DNA of 64,000 nt from an uncultured Acidobacteriota bacterium (GCA_963740095.1 CAVUDN010000042.1:4295-68294), one strand, 5' to 3'. Positions 27,290 through 37,441 are shown, numbered from the stretch's first letter. Numbers and translations: made by a program. The notes: generated from the letters alone by a model not told the origin.

Positions 27290-27640
27290 TCATTTCAGGC
27301 CCAAGGCCGTCGGATGTTTCGGTTGATAGAGGCCGACCTCGCCACCGCCGGGAAGCCGCATCTTCGTGATGGAACCCCATCGTTCCTCATGTACCCCGGA
27401 ACATCGAACGCCCTTCTTCGCGAGCGAAGCCATCTCGGCTTCAAGATCGTCGCACATGAAATAGAGTTCGTGCCTACCGTTCTCGTCGGACGGATGGAAT
27501 GCAGCTTCTCCGGGCGGCAGGGCGAAGATCAGCCAGCCATGGCCCGCATCCACCGACTTGAATCCGAGGACGTCGCGGAAGAACGCGCGGTCGGCTTCGG
27601 CATCTTTGCTGTAGACAATTACGTGGGCGCCGGAAATCAT
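27290..27640 (-). CDS. VOC (glyoxalase/bleomycin-resistance) family protein
   Basis: 116 aa. ATG at 27640 with GGAGG upstream. Sequence HVIVYSKDAEADRAFFRDVLGF.... Confidence 0.75.
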   Translation of the reverse strand: MISGAHVIVYSKDAEADRAFFRDVLGFKSVDAGHGWLIFALPPGEAAFHPSDENGRHELYFMCDDLEAEMASLAKKGVRCSGVHEERWGSITKMRLPGGGEVGLYQPKHPTALGLK

Positions 27641-27674
27641 TTGCCCCTCCGAAGAAACGTTTGGAACTCGCAGG

Positions 27675-28022
27675 TCACAAACCGTCGTATTGCGCGGCGA
27701 GGCGCTTAGGCGCAGTGTTGCGCCAGGCCGCGGCAAGCGCGCGGCGCAAACTCGTTTTCTTGGCCGCGCGCAGGCGAACGAGTGTTGCGCCGCGCAACCC
27801 CCAGGCGCCTTTCGCAGGAGCAAACACATCCGGCTCGGCCTCGATGAAAAATACTTGCTGCTTCGGCGGAAGCTTAACCATGCCGTAGCCTTTTTCGGGA
27901 TAGCCGAGCGTCGCGAATACTTTGCCGCCCACGCGAAAATCTGGATGGTCCTGGTGCGCGCTCTCGACGGCTTCGGGAAAGCTGAGGGCGATACGGCGAA
28001 ATTCGGCGAGTGTCACGGGCAT
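27675..28022 (-). CDS. MmcQ/YjbR-family protein
   Basis: 115 aa. FPEAVESAHQDHPDFRVGGKVFATL is typical of the YjbR family. Confidence 0.7.
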   Translation of the reverse strand: MPVTLAEFRRIALSFPEAVESAHQDHPDFRVGGKVFATLGYPEKGYGMVKLPPKQQVFFIEAEPDVFAPAKGAWGLRGATLVRLRAAKKTSLRRALAAAWRNTAPKRLAAQYDGL

Positions 28023-28025
28023 CGT

Positions 28026-28943
28026 CTAGACCTTCAAGGCAGCGAGATTCGCGAGGAAAACTTCGCGCAGCGATCGCGCGGGACGCCCGGTGAGCAACTG
28101 CACGTGATGCGAGCAGACGGAGAAATAGTGTTCGCGGATGGCGCGCTCGTAGGAGAGCATCTCGAGGCTGCCCCAGACGCCGGTGCCATCGTTATTCGCC
28201 ATACCCTCGACATATTCGCGCGGGACGCCCGCCGCATCGAAGAAGGCCAGCTTTTCCTCCGGCGTGACGCCGACGTATTCGACCGGCTTGCCGCCAAGTT
28301 CGGACGCCAGCGCGGCCACGTCGACGAAGGTGTAAAGCTCGGGCCCGGTGATCTCGTACGCGGCGCCTTCGTGACCCGAAGAAGTGAGCACCGCCGCGGC
28401 GGAAGCGACGCAATCTTTTTTCGAGACGAACGCCATGCAGCCGTCGCCCGTGCTCATCACCAGCTTTCCCATTTGCAGCGCCATCGGCGCAATCATCGTG
28501 GCGACGACTTCAGCGTATTGAGCGTCGCGCAGAAACGTGAAAGCCATGCCCGAGCGACGCAGAAGTTCCTCGGTGAAATAGTGGTCCGCGCCTGCGAACG
28601 ACGGAGTTTTCGGGTGAGTCCCTACGGTTGAGGTATAGACGATGTGCTTGATGCCAGCTTTCCCGGCGGCTTCGATTGCCGCGCGGTGTTGTCGCTGGCG
28701 GCGAGCGCCGACGGCCAGCGTGCTAATCAGCAGCATCTTCTCTGCGCCCGCCAGCGCCGGCACCAGCGTCTCCGGCTTGTCGAAATCGCCAGCGCGAACT
28801 TGCACGCCCCGCGCCGCAGACTGCGCAAGCGCATCGGGCTTGCGCGTCACCAGAATCAATTCCGATGCAGGCACTTTCTCGAGCAAGAGTTCGGTGACCT
28901 GGCGGCCGTAGTTTCCCGACGCGCCCGTGATGACGATGCTCAT
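28026..28943 (-). CDS. NmrA-like / atypical SDR NAD(P)H-binding oxidoreductase
   Basis: N-terminal IVITGASGNYGRQV Rossmann motif. 305 aa. Confidence 0.85.
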   Translation of the reverse strand: MSIVITGASGNYGRQVTELLLEKVPASELILVTRKPDALAQSAARGVQVRAGDFDKPETLVPALAGAEKMLLISTLAVGARRQRQHRAAIEAAGKAGIKHIVYTSTVGTHPKTPSFAGADHYFTEELLRRSGMAFTFLRDAQYAEVVATMIAPMALQMGKLVMSTGDGCMAFVSKKDCVASAAAVLTSSGHEGAAYEITGPELYTFVDVAALASELGGKPVEYVGVTPEEKLAFFDAAGVPREYVEGMANNDGTGVWGSLEMLSYERAIREHYFSVCSHHVQLLTGRPARSLREVFLANLAALKV

Positions 28944-29014
28944 GGCTGCTCCGAAACGGCGAAGGCGAGGGAGATATTAACATCTCTCGGATGGGGCGCC
29001 CGCAATCCAAATCC

Positions 29015-29035
29015 GGGCGGGTTTGAAACCCGCCC
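29015..29035. repeat. REP-like palindrome GGGCGGGTTTGAAACCCGCCC, followed by CTAC
   Basis: A perfect palindromic word in a divergent promoter region, so it is not a terminator. It shares the ...CGCCCCTAC end with 30159-30183 and, reversed, with 12235-12258. Confidence 0.6.
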
Positions 29036-29164
29036 CTACACCAGATAAACAGAGAATGGCGCGAGCAGATCCTTGGATGACTTCTTGACATCGGGCAAAG
29101 GCGCAGAGAGTATCGTTAGTTTCGCGAAGCGCGCACAGAGCCAACAGGCAGAGGGAGCAGCGAA

Positions 29165-30142
29165 TTGAAGCACGTGAGATTGGGAAATACCGGACTGAGG
29201 GTATCGCGGCTGTGTCTTGGGACGATGACGTTCGGGTATCAGTGCGACGAGGCGACCTCGTTCGCGATTCTCGATCGCGCAAGCGAAAAGGGAATCGCGT
29301 TTCTCGATAGCTCCGACGTGTATCCGCTGGGTGGCGGACTCGAACGCGCGGGGCGCACCGAAGAAATCATCGGCAAATGGATTCGCGGGAAGCGGCACGA
29401 CTGGGTGATCGCGACGAAGTGCTTCGGCGCGACAGGACCACAGCCGTTTCACGCCGGGAACAACCGGCGGCACATTTTCGATGCAATCGACGCATCGCTG
29501 CGGCGGCTGGGCACGGATTACATCGATCTGTACCAGTTGCATGGCTACGATCCGGAAGTGACCACGGATGAAACGCTGTGCGCGCTCGATGCGATCGTCC
29601 GTGCAGGAAAGGTGCGTTACATCGGCTGCTCGAATTATCTGGCGTATCAGCTGGCGCGGGCCATCGGGCGAAGCGATGCGCGGGGCTTCGCGCGATTTGT
29701 CTCCGTGCAGCCGCGCTACAACCTGCTATTCCGCGAATTCGAGCGCGAGCTTTTTCCGCTGTGCGTCGAGGAAGGCATCGGCGTGATTCCATACAATCCG
29801 ATCGCGGGCGGCCTGCTAACCGGCAAGCACGACCGGACGAAGCCGCCGAGCGAGGGAACGCGGTTTGCGTTTGGCGGGCGCGTGAGCCATCTCTATCAGG
29901 ACCGCTACTGGAAGGACAAAATATTCGACGCGGTCGACGCGCTGAACGCCTTCGCGAAAGAAGTGGGGATTCCGCTCACAACGATGTCGGTGGCGTGGGT
30001 GCTCGCGCAACCATGGGTGACGAGCCCGATTATTGGCGCGAGCCGGCCGGATCAGCTGGATGCGACGGTGGCCGCGCTCGATGTAACGCTCGATGCGGCG
30101 CTGCTGGCGAAGCTGAATGAGATGACGCTGCAGTTTCGATAG
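29165..30142 (+). CDS. Aldo/keto reductase
   Basis: MKHVRLGNTGLRVSRLCLGTMTFG, DSSDVY, IDLYQLH and GCSNY motifs. Apparent TTG start. Confidence 0.9.
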   Translation: MKHVRLGNTGLRVSRLCLGTMTFGYQCDEATSFAILDRASEKGIAFLDSSDVYPLGGGLERAGRTEEIIGKWIRGKRHDWVIATKCFGATGPQPFHAGNNRRHIFDAIDASLRRLGTDYIDLYQLHGYDPEVTTDETLCALDAIVRAGKVRYIGCSNYLAYQLARAIGRSDARGFARFVSVQPRYNLLFREFERELFPLCVEEGIGVIPYNPIAGGLLTGKHDRTKPPSEGTRFAFGGRVSHLYQDRYWKDKIFDAVDALNAFAKEVGIPLTTMSVAWVLAQPWVTSPIIGASRPDQLDATVAALDVTLDAALLAKLNEMTLQFR

Positions 30143-30158
30143 CTACTGCGCGCAAGGC

Positions 30159-30183
30159 GGGGCGCAGCAAGCGACGCCCCTAC
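30159..30183 (+). repeat. REP-like GC-rich hairpin (GGGGCG-N10-CGCCCC-TAC), copy 2; possibly also a terminator for the aldo/keto reductase gene
   Basis: It begins 17 nt after the stop at 30142. It is nearly the reverse complement of 12235-12258. Confidence 0.55.
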
Positions 30184-30217
30184 GAATTCGATTTCGTCCC
30201 CGCGAGGAGGGTAAACC

Positions 30218-31813
30218 TTGATTGTGCTACCGCCAGGAGTGTCGAGCGAAGCGTTCGAACGCGCGCTCAACAGCTTTGCGCGAGCGATTGGCGATGAGTG
30301 GGTGGTGCGCGGGGAAAAAGAGCTGGCGGAGTATCGCGATCCGTTTGCGTTTGCGTCGAGCGCCCCGGGCGAATACGCCGCCTCGGCTGCACTCAAGCCA
30401 GGCTCGGTGGAGGAGATTCAGGCGATCGTGAGAATCGCCAATGAATTCAAGATTCCGCTGTGGACCTTTTCACGAGGGAAGAATCTCGGGTATGGCGGCC
30501 CGGCGCCGAGAGTGTCGGGATCGGTGGCGCTCGATCTCGGGCGGATGAAGAAGATCGAGATCAATGAAGAGCTGTGCTACGCGGTGGTCGAGCCGGGCGT
30601 CACGTTTTTCGATCTGTACGAGTACATCCGCGAGCGAAAGATGAAGCTCTGGATTTCGGTGCCCGCGCTCGGATGGGGCAGCGTGCTGGGCAACGCGCTC
30701 GACCGTGGCATCGGCTATACGCCTTACGGCGACCACTCGGAGAAACTTTGTGGGATGGAAATCGTCCTCGCAAATGGGGAGCTGATTCGCACGGGCATGG
30801 GCGCGCTGAGCGGCGCGAAGACGTGGCAGTCGTTCAAGCCGGGCTACGGGCCGTCGGTCGACGGGCTCTTCATGCAGTCGAATTTTGGCGTGGTAACCAA
30901 AGGCGGCTTTTGGCTGATGCCACAGCCGGATTTCTTCATTGCGTGCGACCTGCATTTCGAGCGTGAGTCCGACCTCGAAGCGATTGTGGACATCACGGCG
31001 CGGCTGCGGCGCGAGGAGATTATTCAGAATACGGCGGTGCTGAGCAACGCGGTGCGGCTGATTTCGCGGCGCGGGGCGCGGAGTGAGTGGTTCTCGGGCG
31101 ACGGAGTGGTGCCTGACGACGTGGTCGAGAAGGCGCTGCGCGAGAGCGGACTGGGCGCGTGGAATCTTACGTTCGCGACGTACGGGCCGGAAGAACTGGC
31201 CGATGGACGAGAGAAAATCGCGCGCGAGGCTTTTTGGGCGATCCCGGGCGCGAAGTTTGCGAGCAAGAAATTCAATGTGAAGGCCACGCCTCTGGACGAG
31301 CTTGCCGCGTCGATGGGTTCGGAGAGCGCGCAGGCCGGCGTGCCGTCGTTGATTCCGCTCGGCGTGCTGAAGTATCGCGGCGAAGACGGCGGGCATCTCG
31401 GTTTTTCTCCGGTCGTGGCGCCGCGCGGGAAGGAGGCCGTGAAGCTGGCGAATCTCGTCGGGACGCGGTGCCACGAGCATGGATTCGATTATTACGGCGG
31501 ATTTTCTTTCGGCGTGCGGCACCTGTATTCCGTGATGATGATTCTCTACGACAAGCAGAATCACGAGCATCGCGTGCAGGCGAACAAGCTGTGCGAAGGT
31601 CTAGTGGTCGAGGCGGCAAAGCTGGGCTTCGGCGAATATCGCGCGCACGTTGCGTACATGGATCTGATCGGCGAGCAATACGATTTCAATCATCACGCGC
31701 TGCAGCGATTTGTCGAGACGCTGAAGGATGCGGCCGATCCGAATGGAATTTTGTCGCCGGGGAAGCAGGGGATTTGGCCGCGCGGGATGCGGCCGAAACG
31801 CACACCCGCCTGA
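30218..31813 (+). CDS. VAO/PCMH-family flavoprotein (like the 4-cresol dehydrogenase / vanillyl-alcohol oxidase flavoprotein subunit)
   Basis: LPPGVS...F..AL..F, VEPGVTFFDLYEYI, GWGSVLGNALDRGIGYTPYGDH and GPSVDGLFMQSNFGVVTKGGFWLMPQP closely follow the PchF/VAO pattern. TTG start with GAGGAGGG upstream. Confidence 0.85.
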   Translation: MIVLPPGVSSEAFERALNSFARAIGDEWVVRGEKELAEYRDPFAFASSAPGEYAASAALKPGSVEEIQAIVRIANEFKIPLWTFSRGKNLGYGGPAPRVSGSVALDLGRMKKIEINEELCYAVVEPGVTFFDLYEYIRERKMKLWISVPALGWGSVLGNALDRGIGYTPYGDHSEKLCGMEIVLANGELIRTGMGALSGAKTWQSFKPGYGPSVDGLFMQSNFGVVTKGGFWLMPQPDFFIACDLHFERESDLEAIVDITARLRREEIIQNTAVLSNAVRLISRRGARSEWFSGDGVVPDDVVEKALRESGLGAWNLTFATYGPEELADGREKIAREAFWAIPGAKFASKKFNVKATPLDELAASMGSESAQAGVPSLIPLGVLKYRGEDGGHLGFSPVVAPRGKEAVKLANLVGTRCHEHGFDYYGGFSFGVRHLYSVMMILYDKQNHEHRVQANKLCEGLVVEAAKLGFGEYRAHVAYMDLIGEQYDFNHHALQRFVETLKDAADPNGILSPGKQGIWPRGMRPKRTPA

Positions 31814-31867
31814 GCGCGCTCGACTCCCGAATCACTTCCCGCGGCTAAAGCCCGAGTCTCGTTGAAG

Positions 31868-31902
31868 GCTTTTCGCGAGCCTGAAGGCTCACGCTTCCAC
31901 CC
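31868..31902. repeat. Dispersed repeat, an inverted copy of 15165-15200
   Basis: The reverse complement GGGTGGAAGCGTGAGCCTTCAGGCTCGCGAAAAGC closely matches 15165-15200, with a few substitutions and one indel around the hairpin. Confidence 0.6.
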
Positions 31903-32027
31903 AAAGAAAAGACACGCCGCGTCGCGAAACCCGCGACCGGCCTGTGGAAAACGTCGAAAGAGCCGGCGGGACGCCCTTCGGTTCATCCTCGGGACAAGCC
32001 GGCGGTACGATCGCGTTGCGGGCGCGA

Positions 32028-33626
32028 TCAGTGGCTTGCGGCGGCTTGGCTGCGGCGCCAGGCGTAGTAGCCGTCCAATACCTTCAGCTTGTCGAGGTTC
32101 GGCGTCGGGATCGCGTGCGACGGATCATTGAGATTCATCACTTGCTGATCGGCGTCGGTGAATGCGGGCCACGTCGGCAAGCCCGCACCGTTGGGGTCGC
32201 CCGTCCTCGCGAAATTCACCCAGTAGGACGAGACCTGGTCCGCCATCGCTTTATCGGCGGCACTGGGTGACATCGTGGACGAGAAGTTTTCGAAGACGTA
32301 CGACAGTTCGCTGCCGTGAGCCGCGCCCCAATCCTTGAACTGCGGCGTATCGGGATATGGAGGGCGGTGGCTGAAATAGTAGACGAAGACTTTTGCCTTG
32401 CCCGTTTGCGATTGCAGGCGAGCCCAGCTCCAGGTGCCCCAGCCAAAGAGCGTGTCGCGAGCCACATCACGAGCGGAGCGAAGCGCCCCGGCATCGGAAT
32501 CGCCGGGGTAGGCCAAGAGAATTTTGTCCGCGTATTCGCCATAGCCGGAATGGACGGAACCGAGATAGCCGCTCTGAGTGGTGGTCCGGACAAACAGCGC
32601 GCCCTCATCCGCATTCCAGCCGATGAGCACCGGAGTATCGTTGTACCGGCCCGCCTTGTAGAGATCGTATTGGTCGCCCGGAAGAACGTAGCCGTCGAAA
32701 TTGGGCCACGTGCCGCCGAGCCCGGGGCCACCCGCCTTCAGGAGAACTTCGGCCGGCAGCTTCCGTGCGTCGGCGATCGACTTTACGTCGAGCTTTGAAA
32801 GCAAAGCGGCGCCGCTTTGCTCAGCTGTGGCAAGCGAGACCATGTTTTCGCCACCTTCGCGGCCGCTGCGAGCGGGAGCGAAGTTGCCTCCGCTTTCCGA
32901 AATGGCGCCCGCGAACAAGCCCTTGGCCAGCGGCGAGGCTGCCAGCATGCTGACGGAGATTCCGCCCGCTGATTCGCCGAAAATGGTGACACGGTGAGGA
33001 TCGCCGCCGAATCGCGCGATATTGTGCTGCACCCACTTGAGCCCGGCGATCTGATCGAGCAGGCCATAGTTGCCGGAGTGTCCGCCCTGCTCGGCGGTGA
33101 GCTCGGGATGCGCGAAGAAGCCGAAGAGGCCGAGGCGGTAGGCGATGCTGACGAAGACGACGCCCTTTTTCGCAAGATTCATGCCGTCGTACTGCGAGAG
33201 GGATGTACCTCCGATGGTGAATCCGCCGCCGTAGATCCAGACCATCACGGCCAGTTTGTCCTTGGGCGATTTAGCTGGAGTCCAGACGTTGAGATAGAGG
33301 CAATCCTCGCTGACCGGAATAGACTCGAGGCCCAGCGCGGGCATGACGATGGGAGTCTGCATGCAGGCGGGCGCGAATGTATTCGTTTCCTTCACGCCCT
33401 TCCATGGCGCGGAAGGCTGAGGCGGGCGCCAGCGGAGATCGCCAAAAGGCGGCGCGCCGAACGGAATGCCTTTGTACACCCTGACGCCGTCTTGCACGGT
33501 ACCTTGCACGAGACCCGCTTGCGTGCGGACGGGCTTGGGCGCTTGGGCGGGTGCCGTCGAGGCAAATCCCATCACGATTGCGCATGCGAACGCGAAGGCG
33601 GCAAATCCCGAGGTTCTATTCTTCAT
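32028..33626 (-). CDS. Secreted carboxylesterase, type B family
   Basis: Signal peptide. Motifs VYKGIPFGAPP, EDCLYLNVW, VWIYGGGF and the nucleophile elbow FGESAGG. Confidence 0.9.
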   Translation of the reverse strand: MKNRTSGFAAFAFACAIVMGFASTAPAQAPKPVRTQAGLVQGTVQDGVRVYKGIPFGAPPFGDLRWRPPQPSAPWKGVKETNTFAPACMQTPIVMPALGLESIPVSEDCLYLNVWTPAKSPKDKLAVMVWIYGGGFTIGGTSLSQYDGMNLAKKGVVFVSIAYRLGLFGFFAHPELTAEQGGHSGNYGLLDQIAGLKWVQHNIARFGGDPHRVTIFGESAGGISVSMLAASPLAKGLFAGAISESGGNFAPARSGREGGENMVSLATAEQSGAALLSKLDVKSIADARKLPAEVLLKAGGPGLGGTWPNFDGYVLPGDQYDLYKAGRYNDTPVLIGWNADEGALFVRTTTQSGYLGSVHSGYGEYADKILLAYPGDSDAGALRSARDVARDTLFGWGTWSWARLQSQTGKAKVFVYYFSHRPPYPDTPQFKDWGAAHGSELSYVFENFSSTMSPSAADKAMADQVSSYWVNFARTGDPNGAGLPTWPAFTDADQQVMNLNDPSHAIPTPNLDKLKVLDGYYAWRRSQAAASH

Positions 33627-33701
33627 GTTCGATTTCCTTCCTGAAACCGGGGGCATTCTACATCCAAGGATCGCAAAAATCGAAGGGACGATTGGAGTTG
33701 T

Positions 33702-34232
33702 CTACGTGCGATTGACGACGAGCTCGGTCGGGCGCTTGCGCGGGACGCGCTGGCCACTGTGCCCCGGGAAGTTGGCGAGCACGGGACCGTCCCATAGGCG
33801 GATGATCCGCTCTTTGAAAAGCCAGCGGCCGCGAAATTTGACGAGCTTGTCGTCCCAATAGCCGGCGAAGCGGATGAGGTAGGGAGGCTCGCCGCGGCAT
33901 TCAGTGACAAGGGCGAACGCGCGGGCGGTTGCGCGGTGGCTGTTGCCTTTTACCACCAGCTGGCTGAGATAATGCTGGCGGCCAGGGAAGCCGGGAACGG
34001 CGCGAAAATGTTCGGCGAGCTTGCGAATGCCGGCGGCGCCTTCCCAACGATCGGGCTCTTCGAAGACTTCCTCGATGACGACGGCATCGGGCGTGAAGCA
34101 GGCGACGAAGGAATCGACGTCGCCGGTGTCGAGCGCCCAGGCGTAGCTGGCCATGAGGTCGTTGATTTCGATGCGATCGGCGACGGTGAGGGGCTTTGCT
34201 TTTGATTTTGCAGGTGGCTTTTTTTTCGGCAT
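33702..34232 (-). CDS. NTF2-like / SnoaL-like domain protein
   Basis: DRIEINDLMASYAWALDTGDVDSFVACFTPDAV is typical of SnoaL_4 proteins. Confidence 0.65.
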   Translation of the reverse strand: MPKKKPPAKSKAKPLTVADRIEINDLMASYAWALDTGDVDSFVACFTPDAVVIEEVFEEPDRWEGAAGIRKLAEHFRAVPGFPGRQHYLSQLVVKGNSHRATARAFALVTECRGEPPYLIRFAGYWDDKLVKFRGRWLFKERIIRLWDGPVLANFPGHSGQRVPRKRPTELVVNRT

Positions 34233-34302
34233 GTGCTCGATTCCTCGAAGATATTCTTTCGTCGCAGCGGACTCGGAATGACGACCAGCGACTAACTCAT
34301 GT

Positions 34303-34959
34303 TCAGTAGCCGACGGTGAAGCGCTCGCGATGGTGGCGCGGGTGCTCGAGTTCGTCGAGCATCGCCACGGCGTAATCCTGCAGCGAGATGTGGCTCTTGC
34401 CCTTTTCGTCGTAGAGGACGTGATCTTTGCCGACGCGGTATTTGCCCGTTCTCGCGCCGGGGGAAATCATCACGGAAGGCGCGAGGAAGACCCAATCGAG
34501 GCCGCGTTCGTTTTTGAGCAAGTAGTAGAGCTCGCGGGTGCCGCGAATGCCGGGCTTGAACGGCTCGTACGCAGCAGGGAACTCGGGCGAATCGAGTAAT
34601 TCGATGCCAGCGGGGGTTTTCAGGCTGGCGGCGCCGCCAACGGCGAGGAATCGCTTCACGCCGGAGCGTTTCGCCGCAGCAATAATCGCGCGATGTCCAC
34701 GAATGTGGCGGTGGTAGACCTCGGGGCCGGGAGTGCCGCGCTTGGGATTGAAGGCGCTGATGATCACGTCGTGACGCGCGAGGATGCGCGCGAGGCGCTC
34801 GCGGTGCAGCACGTCGGCTCCCTTAATTTTGAGATTCGGGCGCGGCGCGAGGCGCTGCGGATGCCGGACGATGGCGGTGACTTTATGTCCGCGCCGCAGG
34901 GCCTCCGCGAGAATTTTGGAGCCGACGTAGCCCGTTCCTCCGATCAAGGCAATTTTCAT
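34303..34959 (-). CDS. NAD(P)H-binding (atypical SDR) protein
   Basis: MKIALIGGTGYVGSKILAEALRRGHKVTAIVR. Confidence 0.85.
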   Translation of the reverse strand: MKIALIGGTGYVGSKILAEALRRGHKVTAIVRHPQRLAPRPNLKIKGADVLHRERLARILARHDVIISAFNPKRGTPGPEVYHRHIRGHRAIIAAAKRSGVKRFLAVGGAASLKTPAGIELLDSPEFPAAYEPFKPGIRGTRELYYLLKNERGLDWVFLAPSVMISPGARTGKYRVGKDHVLYDEKGKSHISLQDYAVAMLDELEHPRHHRERFTVGY

Positions 34960-35126
34960 GCAGGAATCCTCCGAAGGCTTCCGCCACCCGATTTGCGGAA
35001 CGCGCGATTGACAGAAGCCGAGATCGGAGCGACTTTATCACATCACCGGGCCGGGCAAATCGTTCGAGTAATCGGGGCGGAGGATCCGTGATACACGCGC
35101 GACCATTTGGGCAGAAGGCATCGACG

Positions 35127-35609
35127 ATGGCGGAGCCGAAATTGGAGTTTGCATTCGAGGTGCGGCTGCATTTTTCGCGCGTCCAGATGATCAACAACAT
35201 GCCGACGGGTGCGGGGCGGGGCGGGGTTTACCTGGGCACGGGCGAATTTTCGGGACCGAAGTTGAATGGGAAAGTCGTCCCCGATAGCGGCGGCGATTAC
35301 GCGTTGTTTCGCCCGGACGATACCGTGTCGTTTGACGCGCGCTATATGTTGCAGGAAGATGATGGCACTCTGATCCTGCTGCAAAATCGCGGCTACCTCT
35401 GGGGCTATGAGGACAACACGATGCGGCGGCTGAGAGACATGGCGTTTGCCGGGGGGCCCCCTGTGGCCCCGGACGAGTATTATTTGCGGTCGTTTCCGAC
35501 CTTCGAGGTGGAAGCGGGCAAGCACGACTGGCTGACGCGGCATGTGATTATCGGAATCGGCGAGCGGAAGGCGGATGGGAACCTGCTCCGGTACTACGCG
35601 CTGTTGTAG
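35127..35609 (+). CDS. DUF3237-like protein
   Basis: 160 aa. L.F.F.V.........G..G.R..Y...GG.F.GP.L.G.V.P.GGD layout. Confidence 0.6.
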   Translation: MAEPKLEFAFEVRLHFSRVQMINNMPTGAGRGGVYLGTGEFSGPKLNGKVVPDSGGDYALFRPDDTVSFDARYMLQEDDGTLILLQNRGYLWGYEDNTMRRLRDMAFAGGPPVAPDEYYLRSFPTFEVEAGKHDWLTRHVIIGIGERKADGNLLRYYALL

Positions 35610-35802
35610 CCCGGCATCGGCCGATCGCTTCGGCCGGTCGATAGGCCTGGCGAATTACTCCGATCCATTGAATTCGTATTACACGTGGGGCGAATAAGGG
35701 CCAGCGGAGATAGAATCAAGCCTGCGGCCGAAACCATCCAGATAGCGAGCGAGCGCCAGACCTGGAGTCGAGTTCGGACACGATCCGGCCAAGGAGATCA
35801 CG

Positions 35803-37344
35803 ATGAGCACCACTACCGACCCAGCTGAGTCCATCCTGACGGATGGCTACTTCTGCGAGATTCCTTCCGATCCGTGCGCTATCGTGATGTTTGGCGCCTC
35901 GGGCGATCTGGCGAAGCGCAAGCTGCTGCCGGCGCTCTTCGATCTGGCGATTCATTCGTGTCTCGCGCCGCGCTTTCGCGTGGTGGGGTTCGCGCGCACG
36001 CAGATGACCGACGAGAAATTTCAGTCCGCAACAAACGATGCCTTGCCAAAGAAGGGCGACGACGCCAAGCGCGACGATTTCTTGAAGCACCTCGAGTATT
36101 TCACCGGCGATTACGACGATCCGGAATCCTACCGGCGGCTGTCGCAGCATCTCGACGAGGTCGATCAAAAGGCGCACCTCGGCGGGAATCGCCTCTACTA
36201 TCTCTCGACGCCGCCCGACGTATATCCGCACGTGATCGAGCAGCTGGGCAAGGCCGGGCTGGCGAAACCAAAGTCGAAGGATTCGTGGACGCGGATCATC
36301 ATCGAGAAGCCGTTTGGCCACGACGGGCCTTCAGCGTGCAAGCTCAACGCGAAGGTGCTGCAGGTGTTCGATGAGTCACAGGTCTACCGGATCGACCACT
36401 ATCTCGGCAAGGAGACGGTGCAGAACCTGTTGGTCTTCCGCTTCGGCAACGGCATTTTCGAGCCGCTGTGGAACCGGAACTACATCGATCACGTGCAGAT
36501 CACGGCGTCGGAATCGCTGGGCGTGGAGCGGCGGGCCGCGTTTTACGAATCGGCCGGGGCGCTGCGCGACATGATTCAGAGCCACGTGCTGCAGCTCACG
36601 TCGATCGTGGCCATGGAATCGCCGGCGACGTTTGGGGCCACCTCCGTGCGCAACGAGAAGATCAAGATTTTGCAGTCGATCCGGCCATTCACGCCGGAGT
36701 CGACCGCGAAGTCGGTAATCCGCGGGCAGTACGGGTCCGGGACGATCGGCGGCAAGGATGTTCCCGGTTACCGGCAGGAACCGGGCGTGAAGCCGGACTC
36801 GACGACAGAAACATTTGTGGCGGCGAAACTCCTGGTGGACAACTGGCGATGGAGCGGCGTGCCGTTTTACCTGCGCACCGGGAAGCGGCTCGCGCGGCCG
36901 ATGACAGAAATCGCGATCCAGTTCAAGAAGGCGCCGCACATGGTGTTTCAAGGGTCGGACGTGCAGCCAAATTCGCTGGTGATGAACATCCAGCCGGATG
37001 AAGGAATTTCACTGTCGTTCGGGGCCAAGCTGCCGGGATCGCAGATGCAGATTCGCCCTGTGAAGATGGACTTCGAGTACAAGCAGGCATTCGCTTCGGG
37101 ATCGCGCGAGGCGTACGCCACGCTGATCAACGATTGCATACGCGGCGATGCGACGCTATTCGACCGGGCCGACAGCGTGGAGGCCGCCTGGGGACTCGTC
37201 GACCCGATCCTCGACGCATTTGCAAACACGAAGCCATCGTTCCCAAATTATCCCGCAGGCGGCACCGGGCCCGAAGCTGCGCACGATTTAATGGCGGCGG
37301 GAGGGCCGGGCTTGGCGGCCGCTGTAACGCGGGACTGGACCTGA
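35803..37344 (+). CDS. zwf: Glucose-6-phosphate dehydrogenase
   Basis: FGASGDLAKRKLLPALF, RIDHYLGKE and EKPFG motifs. Confidence 0.95.
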   Translation: MSTTTDPAESILTDGYFCEIPSDPCAIVMFGASGDLAKRKLLPALFDLAIHSCLAPRFRVVGFARTQMTDEKFQSATNDALPKKGDDAKRDDFLKHLEYFTGDYDDPESYRRLSQHLDEVDQKAHLGGNRLYYLSTPPDVYPHVIEQLGKAGLAKPKSKDSWTRIIIEKPFGHDGPSACKLNAKVLQVFDESQVYRIDHYLGKETVQNLLVFRFGNGIFEPLWNRNYIDHVQITASESLGVERRAAFYESAGALRDMIQSHVLQLTSIVAMESPATFGATSVRNEKIKILQSIRPFTPESTAKSVIRGQYGSGTIGGKDVPGYRQEPGVKPDSTTETFVAAKLLVDNWRWSGVPFYLRTGKRLARPMTEIAIQFKKAPHMVFQGSDVQPNSLVMNIQPDEGISLSFGAKLPGSQMQIRPVKMDFEYKQAFASGSREAYATLINDCIRGDATLFDRADSVEAAWGLVDPILDAFANTKPSFPNYPAGGTGPEAAHDLMAAGGPGLAAAVTRDWT

Positions 37345-37441
37345 CGACGTCTTGCCGTTCCAAAATCAATTGTGAGACAGTTCTCGGCTTGCTGGGTGCA
37401 GGACATCCGGCGGATTGTGGCTTTGTGTCGCGGAGGCACGG

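Noticed and set aside
29015-29035. The GGGCGGGTTTGAAACCCGCCC palindrome, considered as a transcription terminator
   Set aside because: It lies between divergently transcribed genes (28943 minus, 29165 plus), so there is nothing to terminate. I classified it as a REP-like repeat instead.
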